A stretch of 32,000 bases of DNA from Nitrososphaerota archaeon (GTDB lineage Archaea; Thermoproteota; Nitrososphaeria; Nitrososphaerales; Nitrosopumilaceae): positions 123,601 to 155,600 of the forward strand of contig JAJPGX010000001.1 of assembly GCA_021325595.1 (NCBI GenBank), in the 5' to 3' direction. Numbering within the stretch: the stretch's first letter is position 1; every line of letters starts with the position of its first letter. Made by a program: the position numbers and the translations under genes. Below are positions 17,473 to 24,502 of this stretch, in pieces. The notes under the pieces were generated by a model. It was not told where the DNA came from, did no database searches, and saw only the letters and a list, made by a program, of their open reading frames with translations.

Positions 17473-18078
17473 ATGTTGGTAAATATGAATAGTTATGATA
17501 GAAATGAAAATCTCATTCGATTTATTGACTCACTTGATGGGAAAAAACACATTGGATTAATTTACGATGATCCTGATTTTGCAAAACTACTAAAATTTCG
17601 ATTTATAAAAAACGGTCTACAAAATGGCGAAAATTGCATCTATGTCACAGATGAAGACTCTGGTAAAGTAGTAGTTGACATGATTACATATGGAATCCCA
17701 ATAAGATATTTTCAGACAAACAAGATCATAGTGTATCACCAAAATGGTGCTGGAAAAACACGTCAAGAGATACAAGAAAATACTGATAAAAATATGGAAA
17801 TCGTAAGAAGTTCTCTTGTTCCCCCATTTAGAATAGTTGGAAGATTGGTTCCAAATATAGGAAACGTTGATGGAATAACTGTACAGATGGATCTTGAGAA
17901 AAAAACACATCAACATTACCATGACTTTGGTGGTATTGTAATGTGCTCTTATGACATGTCCAAAATTGAAAAAACAAAACGCAAAAAATGGATTGAAGAA
18001 TTATATCGTAATCATCATCATGTGATAAAAATATCTACAAAAGATGGAAGCGAAGTTGTCACAGCATCTAGTCTATAA
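17473..18078 (+). CDS. Stand-alone MEDS (methanogen/methylotroph DcmR sensory) domain protein
   Basis: HIGLIYDDPDFAKLLKFRFIKNGLQNGENCIYVTDE and GIVMCSYDMSKI...HHHVI match the MEDS pattern as I recall it (H-x-x-x-x-Y...GL..GE.C.Y... / ...C.YD...H..VI). No fused HTH or kinase domain. A GGAGTGGTG purine run lies 4-12 nt upstream of the ATG. Confidence 0.6.
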   Translation: MLVNMNSYDRNENLIRFIDSLDGKKHIGLIYDDPDFAKLLKFRFIKNGLQNGENCIYVTDEDSGKVVVDMITYGIPIRYFQTNKIIVYHQNGAGKTRQEIQENTDKNMEIVRSSLVPPFRIVGRLVPNIGNVDGITVQMDLEKKTHQHYHDFGGIVMCSYDMSKIEKTKRKKWIEELYRNHHHVIKISTKDGSEVVTASSL

Positions 18079-18081
18079 TAT

Positions 18082-18385
18082 CTAGGCAAAAGACCACGCA
18101 GAATAATATTTTGGTGTAATCTCTAACACCGCTTCATTTCCCTGCCTTATTTCATTTAGTATCCATCTTGCCAAATCGTTGTCAAGTCCACCCATGTATT
18201 TTGTAATTATCTTTTCTGCAATCCTGTATGTTGGGCACGCCTTTCTCATCTACTGTACCAAGCTGCAAATTCAATCTTGAATTTAGAAATTTTCTTACTT
18301 TCTGTTCTGTAAGAGTCCTAGCAAGTCCTGGTATGGCACTTACTATCTTTATATGCCATGATATGATTGATTCCTTAAAAGCCAT
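18082..18385 (-). pseudogene. Remnant of a pyridoxamine-5'-phosphate-oxidase (PPOX/FMN-binding split-barrel) family gene
   Basis: ORF 18182..18385 gives an N-terminal-like piece, LTEQKVRKFLNSRLNLQLGTVDEKGVPNIQ. A second frame (18082..18249) gives a C-terminal-like piece, RIAEKIITKYMGGLDNDLARWILNEIRQGNEAVLEITPKYYSAWSFA. The central barrel strands (~50 aa) are missing and the frames differ. Confidence 0.35.
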
Positions 18386-18448
18386 TGTTGAGGATTTAAG
18401 TAACCCATGTTACCTAAAGTTTATCTGTCCAGTAACTTACGTAAAAAT

Positions 18449-19030
18449 ATGAAACCAATCGCATTGACACTTGCAGTTGTGCTGTTTTCATCAGGCCTAG
18501 GGTATGACTCGATGGTGGCATATGGACAGACGACTGATCAACCATGTTCAGTATCTCATCCATGTGTAAAGATTTGTGGAGACCATCCATGTGCCCCTGG
18601 AGAAAGATACGCACTTTCTGCTAACAGTACCACCACTGTATCATCTAATACAAACAACACAAGTACAAATCAGACAGGTGCTTCTGGAATGTCAGCTAAT
18701 GTGAAAATGATGGACAATGCAACTGTAACAAAAACCTCTTCAAACATGACAATGAAAACAAACGGCACCATGAGTACGACTAACATGACAATGTCAACTA
18801 ATGGTACAATGACTCATACATCAACTAATACGACAATGACTACCACACCAAAAATAATGATGCCAAAAGAACAAGTTGCTTCAGGTACGCAACCAAAAGA
18901 TGTCAAGTGTCAATCAGGATTTGAATTGATAATAAATCAGTTTAATTCTAGACCAGCTTGTGTCAAGTCAGATGTTGCTTCCCTCTTAGTAGAAAGAGGC
19001 TGGGGAATGCTTGCAAACAGCTCTCCTTAA
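18449..19030 (+). CDS. Secreted protein with Asn/Thr/Met-rich N-glycosylation-sequon tract and C-terminal Cys-pair module
   Basis: I start at ATG 18449, giving signal peptide MKPIALTLAVVLFSSGLG. The tract is NSTT, NNTS, NQTG, NATV, NMTM, NGTM, NMTM, NGTM, NTTM. The C-terminus is KCQSGFELIINQFNSRPACVKSDVASLLVERGWG. Confidence 0.65.
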   Translation: MKPIALTLAVVLFSSGLGYDSMVAYGQTTDQPCSVSHPCVKICGDHPCAPGERYALSANSTTTVSSNTNNTSTNQTGASGMSANVKMMDNATVTKTSSNMTMKTNGTMSTTNMTMSTNGTMTHTSTNTTMTTTPKIMMPKEQVASGTQPKDVKCQSGFELIINQFNSRPACVKSDVASLLVERGWGMLANSSP

Positions 19031-19032
19031 AA

Positions 19033-19266
19033 TCACAGTACAATCTGATGTGTGTCTGCATATTGTCTTATCTCGGATTCGTTAAATAAACCTGCAATGT
19101 ATGGAATGAATCTCTTTTTTACAATCTCCTTGTCTGTCTCTCCTAGAATTACTCTGCTTTCATAATCTAATCGGTTCATCTCTCTTTTGTGGTACCTACA
19201 AAGATCATGTAATTGTTCCAGGGTGAACTTATTAAGTAAAATCTTGTTAGCTTCGTGTTTTTGCAT
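19033..19266 (-). CDS. Hypothetical protein (77 aa)
   Basis: ATG ORF with no motif recognised. It ends 3 nt from the convergent secreted-protein gene. Confidence 0.4.
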   Translation of the reverse strand: MQKHEANKILLNKFTLEQLHDLCRYHKREMNRLDYESRVILGETDKEIVKKRFIPYIAGLFNESEIRQYADTHQIVL

Positions 19267-19338
19267 GTACCAAGAAATACAATTTCCTAGTTTATGATAT
19301 TTTTGGAAATTAACTAAAAAATAAGAAATGGGTAAAAT

Positions 19339-19503
19339 CTAAAATTCGATTTTTTCTTTCTCGGACAGCAAGAATTTTTTCGATTTTCTTACTCCCTTGA
19401 GGTCAAACCAACTTATCTTCAATGTGACCTTTTTTCCCTTTACTTGATCGATTGTTATCTTATCTGCTAACTTGACAAGTTCACTAATTGACTGATTTGG
19501 CAT
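19339..19503 (-). CDS. Hypothetical protein (54 aa from ATG 19503; the track version starts at GTG 19557)
   Basis: MPNQSISELVKLADKITIDQVKGKKVTLKISWFDLKGVRKSKKFLLSEKEKIEF. No family recognised. Confidence 0.35.
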   Translation of the reverse strand: MPNQSISELVKLADKITIDQVKGKKVTLKISWFDLKGVRKSKKFLLSEKEKIEF

Positions 19504-19676
19504 TTTTTGACTGGTTTGAACTTTGCAATTTATCTCTTGGGAATAATTTTTTTGCACACTGGGTGTGAAATATTGAAGCTATGTTTGATCGTTCCGTCTG
19601 CATTTCAGCTATGATTATGATTTTTCAGCTAATGTCTTGAATTTAGATAATAAAATATTGTGTATGAAACGTAGGC

Positions 19677-19934
19677 ATGGCTCAAGTAATGTCTCCACGT
19701 GAGCAAGCATTTGTCTTGATCACATGTGAAACAGATTCTGAATTTCGAGTCGCAGAACAGATAAAAACACTTCCTGGAGTCAAGGAGGTTGCCATGACAA
19801 GTGGCTCACATGATATACTTGTAAATGTAGAGGCTCATGATGTGGAATCTCTCAAAAACACAATAGATGAAAAGATTAGGGGAATATCTGGCATACGTGC
19901 TACAACTACTCTTGTAATTGCCGGTAGCCTCTGA
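19677..19934 (+). CDS. Stand-alone Lrp/AsnC-type ligand-binding (RAM) domain protein, no HTH
   Basis: AFVLITCETDSEFRVAEQIKTLPGVKEVAMTSGSHDILVNVEAHDVESLKNTIDEKIRGISGIRATTTLV fits the AsnC_trans_reg beta-alpha-beta-beta-alpha-beta pattern. Confidence 0.7.
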   Translation: MAQVMSPREQAFVLITCETDSEFRVAEQIKTLPGVKEVAMTSGSHDILVNVEAHDVESLKNTIDEKIRGISGIRATTTLVIAGSL

Positions 19935-19990
19935 TCTACCATATTTTATGTATGGAAAACTACTTGTGACCCGATTACCTACTTTATATC

Positions 19991-20164
19991 ATGAAAGCAA
20001 TGACCTACAAAAAATTCCGCGAGTCAGAGTCTCCATATTACTTATCTAAAGAAGGAAGGTTGTCAAGAGCCGAAGTCATAAAAAAACTCGAATCCTTTCT
20101 CAAGCAAAAATTAGGCGAAGGTCAAGACTTTTTTGATCAATACTGTATTCAGGAAGAAAAGTAA
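19991..20164 (+). CDS. Candidate 57-aa hypothetical protein (below ORF-track cutoff)
   Basis: Own translation: MKAMTYKKFRESESPYYLSKEGRLSRAEVIKKLESFLKQKLGEGQDFFDQYCIQEEK. It fills the gap between the RAM-domain gene and the SNF2 gene exactly (stop 20164, SNF2 stop 20166). Confidence 0.3.
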   Translation: MKAMTYKKFRESESPYYLSKEGRLSRAEVIKKLESFLKQKLGEGQDFFDQYCIQEEK

Positions 20165-20165
20165 T

Positions 20166-21875
20166 CTAACGTGCTGCCAGCTTGTCATGAATTTGTGCAA
20201 GTATTAACTCTGCCTTTTCCCTGCTCTCAAAGGGCTCTTCTTTCTCATCCATGATTGCATCGATTTCATAGCTCTTGTCCACTAGAACATTTGCTACATG
20301 ATCATCAAGTGTACCGTTACCAATCAAATAATATGCAAATACGGTATTTTTCTGTCCGATTCTGTGCAGTCTGTCTTCTGCTTGCCTGTGAATGGCAGGA
20401 CTCCAATCAAGCTCAGCAAATATGACATATCTTGCCCTGCTTAGATTTATTCCAACATTTCCTGCCCTTAGCCCAGCAATCATTAGTTTTGTTTCACCAT
20501 TTTGGAACTTGTCAATGTTGTCTTGTCTTTCCTTGTCTGTTTGGCCTCCGATGATTGAAGATGGCAAATATTCTGACAGGTTCTTGTGTAATAGTTCATG
20601 AATTGCTTTGTGGTGACAAAATACTACGACACTTTCTTCAATCTCCATTATGTTTTTTACAAACTCAATAACGTGTGGAACTTTGGCTATTCCTGCAGCT
20701 TGTCTCTCGCTTTGTATTGCTCTTTTGTATGATGAAAATTTATCAAACGCGCTTGTTGCAGTTTTTTGCTCCTCTTCCAATCTCTGCCAAATCTTACCAA
20801 GCTCAGTCTGATAATATGATATATCTGAATCAATAAACTCCTTGTACCTTACTTTTTCTTTTAGCTCTTTTAATACATCGGATTTCTTGCGTCTAAGCAT
20901 TACATGTTTTCGTAACTCCTCGCCCAAACTTGCACGTTTGTTTTCAAGAACAATCGCTTTTCCTTTTTCATTAACATAGCAAAAATACTCACAAAATTCT
21001 TCAAAAGTTCCCAAAAGCCCCGGTCTTAGTATATCAACTATTGGCCAAATCTCAGAACCACGGTTATAAATTGGAGTACCTGATAACCCTATTCTGTATT
21101 TGATAGAATCAAGTGCTGCAAGTTTTTTTACTGCAGAATATTTTTTCGTTGTTTTTGAACGTAAGTGTTGCACCTCATCACATACAATTGTCTTTATTCC
21201 TAATTTTGAAAGGTCGTCTATTCTCTTGTATAATAAATCATAGTTTATGATGTAAACATCATACTTGCCAATCTCTTGTGATTTTCCAGTACGAATAAGA
21301 ACCGATGATGGGTATTCTTCTTCTATTATTCTTCCGTTTCTGCTACGTTTTTTTAGAAATTTTTGTATCTCTCTTTGCCAGTTGTTTAATGTGACAAGTG
21401 GCGCGACAATTAGTGCAGGAAATGTCTGTTTTTCTGTAGCCAGGTAAGCTAATGTCTGAACGGTTTTTCCTAAACCCATCTCATCTGCTAATAATGCATT
21501 TCCATATGATTTTATTAAAAAGTCAAGACCTTCTCTTTGGAAATTCAATAATGTTCCACGAAATTGATTTCCTGGATTTGCCTTGCGTAATTTTTCAATT
21601 CTAGTCCATTTCTTCTTAGGCTCAACTACACGTTTCATCTTTCGATTCCAGATGAGCTTTGATTTTATTTCAAGAGGATATCTGTCAATTATCCATTTTA
21701 TTTTCTGAACATTCTGTTGAGTATCGGGTACTATGGCCTCATCAGGGCCGTTGCCATACCATGCTTGTGGTATAACACGAGCAACCATGCTGACCGCTCT
21801 ATCCCCTGTAAGCTTCCAAGTCCAATTTTTTGAATATGTGTCAAGTACGTATTCTAAGGTGCCAAAGTCTCTCAT
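20166..21875 (-). CDS. SNF2-family DNA-dependent ATPase/helicase
   Basis: Motif I LADEMGLGKT, motif II DEVQHLRS, motif III LSGTPIYNR and motif VI QAEDRLHRIGQ. About 110 aa of N-terminal region has no recognised motif. Confidence 0.9.
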   Translation of the reverse strand: MRDFGTLEYVLDTYSKNWTWKLTGDRAVSMVARVIPQAWYGNGPDEAIVPDTQQNVQKIKWIIDRYPLEIKSKLIWNRKMKRVVEPKKKWTRIEKLRKANPGNQFRGTLLNFQREGLDFLIKSYGNALLADEMGLGKTVQTLAYLATEKQTFPALIVAPLVTLNNWQREIQKFLKKRSRNGRIIEEEYPSSVLIRTGKSQEIGKYDVYIINYDLLYKRIDDLSKLGIKTIVCDEVQHLRSKTTKKYSAVKKLAALDSIKYRIGLSGTPIYNRGSEIWPIVDILRPGLLGTFEEFCEYFCYVNEKGKAIVLENKRASLGEELRKHVMLRRKKSDVLKELKEKVRYKEFIDSDISYYQTELGKIWQRLEEEQKTATSAFDKFSSYKRAIQSERQAAGIAKVPHVIEFVKNIMEIEESVVVFCHHKAIHELLHKNLSEYLPSSIIGGQTDKERQDNIDKFQNGETKLMIAGLRAGNVGINLSRARYVIFAELDWSPAIHRQAEDRLHRIGQKNTVFAYYLIGNGTLDDHVANVLVDKSYEIDAIMDEKEEPFESREKAELILAQIHDKLAAR

Positions 21876-22040
21876 ATGTCGCTAATTCTTCGAAAGATAG
21901 GAAATTCGGTTTATGAATCTTTTACTTTTGACGAAAACCGCAATTATTCGTATTTAAGGTCAGTTTTAGGGCTATTTTCTATTGAAAAAACCAATTTCAG
22001 ATAAGAACTTGCAAAATATCGTCTGATCTAACGATTTGCA

Positions 22041-23105
22041 TTAGATGCGTCTGATACGGAATTTAGATAATCCTCTTAGTTTCCTGAATTGAGGCATGCC
22101 AAATGATTTGGTAGTTCGCCAACTTTTTGTATATCTATATGTGAACCATGCAGATGCAATGGTTGAGAATATTATGGTTGGCAGCATCCACTGGAAGTTG
22201 GCTTCATGATCGGGAAATATGCTAAATACTGTAGCAAGAGTGTTTGGTACAAGAACCGCAGTGCCTGCAACTGTAAACCATACCACCAATATTGATAGCT
22301 TGTTTGACACCTGAGTCTGAATTACGTTTATTCCAGTTGCAATCATCTGCATGAGGTTTTCTGCCATCTGGATCTGTCTGTCAAGTCGGCTTAAGATGAC
22401 CTCAAACTTGGCAAGAACTGGTTCATCATCTGAGATCATGTCAGCATCACCATATTTTAGATTGTGAACAGTATCATAGGTTGCCCATACTGCATTAAGA
22501 AAAGTAAGAAGTGAAGTCTTCATATTGGAAAGTTCAACTGATAGATCTCTTTGAATTTGTCTTGATCCTGCCAAGTCAAGCTCAAGTTGTTCTGTCCTAT
22601 CTACAATTAAACGCAAAATCGAAAAGTTTGTTTCACTTATTTCATCAATTATTCTTGCAAGTAAGATAGTTTGCCTGTTGCTCCAATTGTCTGGCTCTTT
22701 TGGCAGTTTACGCAAAAGTGTTGTGGAATAATTGTACAAACGTGTTATTTTTCCTCCATAATCATCATGAATCGTAACCACCAAGTCTTTTTTCATAAAA
22801 ACTAACAATGGTGTGGTCTGAGTTGTATTGTTTCCCGGTATTACAAAAGGAATCATCAGTCCAAGCGTGTCTCCTCTATCCTCATAGCTTGAAACATAAC
22901 CAGACAAAAGCAGAGAAGGATCCATGGTAATGCCAAGTTTTTCAAATATTTTTGGTGTCTCTTCTACTATGTTATCAACTACGCATTCTATCCATGTAAG
23001 ATGACCTCCGGTTGCAACTCGTGCTGCTTCGGTAAGATCAACTGATGGTGTTTTAAATGGAACTCCGTCCGGTTGTAAACCTGCAATGCTTACTGTCTTT
23101 AACAT
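22041..23105 (-). CDS. CorA-like transporter superfamily protein lacking the GMN signature
   Basis: The N-terminal alpha/beta region has LTWIECV (compare CorA WIDL), followed by a long helical region and two C-terminal TM helices. The position of YGMNF reads ATVFSIFPD. I start at ATG 23105; the track start at 23135 is GTG. Confidence 0.6.
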   Translation of the reverse strand: MLKTVSIAGLQPDGVPFKTPSVDLTEAARVATGGHLTWIECVVDNIVEETPKIFEKLGITMDPSLLLSGYVSSYEDRGDTLGLMIPFVIPGNNTTQTTPLLVFMKKDLVVTIHDDYGGKITRLYNYSTTLLRKLPKEPDNWSNRQTILLARIIDEISETNFSILRLIVDRTEQLELDLAGSRQIQRDLSVELSNMKTSLLTFLNAVWATYDTVHNLKYGDADMISDDEPVLAKFEVILSRLDRQIQMAENLMQMIATGINVIQTQVSNKLSILVVWFTVAGTAVLVPNTLATVFSIFPDHEANFQWMLPTIIFSTIASAWFTYRYTKSWRTTKSFGMPQFRKLRGLSKFRIRRI

Positions 23106-23245
23106 GCCGTAGTTCAAATCTAGACTTATATACACCTATTTGTGAACGCTAACAACTCTTCTCTGATCTAAAAACTTCACATTTCATTTCTTTATTTTCT
23201 GTTAAAAAATAAGAATAATAGGGTGATATTTAGACGATTAAAACC

Positions 23246-23524
23246 ATGAAAATATTGGTAGATGCAATGTATGATGGAGTAGACGCAAAACTCAAAGAGT
23301 TTGGATATGATGCATATAGTGTAAAGAAGCTTATTGCAGAAGGAAAGAAACTGTCCAGTGATTACTCCATGATAAAATATGCCGAAGAAAACCACATGAT
23401 AATGGTAACAGAAGACACCGAAGTTGGAAAGGCATGTAAGGAAAATGATATACCCTGTGTCTTGCTTGACCAAGAAACAATCTTTAAGATAATTTTAGAA
23501 GAGCTAACCAAGTACAAAGATTAG
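23246..23524 (+). CDS. PIN-like mini-nuclease domain protein (DUF5615 / Mut7-C N-terminal type)
   Basis: MKILVDAMYDGVDAKLKEFGYDAYSV...SDYSMIKYAEENHMIMVTEDTE follows the pattern (K/R)-hydrophobic-L-x-D...L...G-(Y/H)-D...D..I..(Y/F)A......(L/M)VT.D. The fully overlapping antisense ORF 23192..23473 is Cys/Phe/Tyr-rich and judged spurious. Confidence 0.55.
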   Translation: MKILVDAMYDGVDAKLKEFGYDAYSVKKLIAEGKKLSSDYSMIKYAEENHMIMVTEDTEVGKACKENDIPCVLLDQETIFKIILEELTKYKD

Positions 23525-24141
23525 ACAGTCTTTTCTTTGCGATGTTTTTTTACAAAAATTATTATTGCTATTATGGCACCTGCTGCTGCTACTACATCTA
23601 TGTAATCTGAATATTGTCTTATGTTAGTCCATTCACTACCAAGCTTTACTCCAACATATGTAAGCATGGTATTCCAGATTAGCGAGCCAGCCATGGTGTA
23701 GATTGAAAACTTTTTGAGGCTCATGTTTGCAACCCCTGCCGGAAGTGAAATGTACGTGCGAACCGCTGGGAGAAGTCTGCTTATGAATGTGGCCTTGTCT
23801 CCATATTTTGTAAAATAAGACTCGGTTAGCTCTAGATGCGATTTTCTCAAGAGAACATATTTGCCATATCGTAAAACAAATTCCCTACCAAGACGTGAAC
23901 CTACAAAATATGCTATCCATGAACCAATTAGATTTCCAATCGAGCCTGCTAAAATTACAAGTATCGCATTAAATTTTCCAACTGACACCAAGTATCCAGA
24001 AAATGGCATAATGACTTCACTTGGTATGGGTATGAGTGCGCTTTCTGCTATCATCAAGAAAAATATCCCAAGATAGCCGGAATTTGAGATGGTCTGGATT
24101 ATGAAATTTGTAAGGTTGCTGATAAATTCTAACGCTACCAA
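23521..24141 (-). CDS. DedA/SNARE-associated family membrane protein
   Basis: GYLGIFFLMIAESALIPIPSEVIMPFSGYLV and RLLPAVRTYISLPAG are canonical DedA motifs. TTG start at 24141, which is needed to keep the conserved N-terminal helix. Confidence 0.85.
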   Translation of the reverse strand: MVALEFISNLTNFIIQTISNSGYLGIFFLMIAESALIPIPSEVIMPFSGYLVSVGKFNAILVILAGSIGNLIGSWIAYFVGSRLGREFVLRYGKYVLLRKSHLELTESYFTKYGDKATFISRLLPAVRTYISLPAGVANMSLKKFSIYTMAGSLIWNTMLTYVGVKLGSEWTNIRQYSDYIDVVAAAGAIIAIIIFVKKHRKEKTV

Positions 24142-24180
24142 TACTCTCCCCTGACCAATAACATCAGTAATGATTGCAAT

Positions 24181-24348
24181 TTACCACGTTCCGCTTGTGG
24201 TAAATCCAGGCTCATCAAAATTTCTTTGCGAAGCATGTCTATGAGCTTTTTTCATATGTCTTTCTAATCTCTGCGGATCGTGTAATTCTAGTCCACATTC
24301 TTTACACTTTGTCTCTTCAGGCTCATCTTTCTTTTTAAAAAGTCTCAA
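24181..24348 (-). CDS. 55-aa classical C2H2 zinc-finger protein (missed by ORF track)
   Basis: Own codon-by-codon translation: (M)RLFKKKDEPEETKCKECGLELHDPQRLERHMKKAHRHASQRNFDEPGFTTSGTW. The spacing is C-x2-C-x12-H-x4-H. TTG start at 24348 directly after an in-frame TAG (24349-24351), TAA stop at 24181-24183. Confidence 0.5.
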   Translation of the reverse strand: MRLFKKKDEPEETKCKECGLELHDPQRLERHMKKAHRHASQRNFDEPGFTTSGTW

Positions 24349-24416
24349 CTATGCTTCTGTGTAAATCATTTGCTAATAATTCTTACGTGTTTTTATTATG
24401 GTAAAATGAGAATGGC

Positions 24417-24464
24417 CTGCGTAGTTCACAACCTACGCAGAAGCATACGACGGACTGGTATGCT
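24417..24464. other. Two adjacent perfect hairpins (8-bp and 7-bp stems) in a 154-bp intergenic spacer
   Basis: ctgcgtag-ttcacaac-ctacgcag (24417-24440) and agcatac-gacggactg-gtatgct (24442-24464). The stems are GC-richer than the surroundings. They lie downstream of the methyltransferase gene and upstream of the zinc-finger ORF, both on the minus strand. Confidence 0.35.
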
Positions 24465-24502
24465 ATAAATGAACTAGCCATGAACCAGTTGATAAATATT
24501 TG

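Noticed and set aside
19603-19631. 9-nt direct repeat tttcagcta (19603-19611 and 19623-19631), 20 bp apart, in the divergent spacer upstream of the RAM-domain gene.
   Set aside because: It is short, and I have no evidence of conservation. It could be a regulator site but is not statistically compelling on its own.
23192-23473. 93-aa minus-strand ORF almost coextensive with the PIN-like gene.
   Set aside because: Its composition (many C, F, Y, H) is atypical, whereas the plus-strand frame shows a coherent PIN-like/DUF5615 pattern. Only one of the two is likely real.
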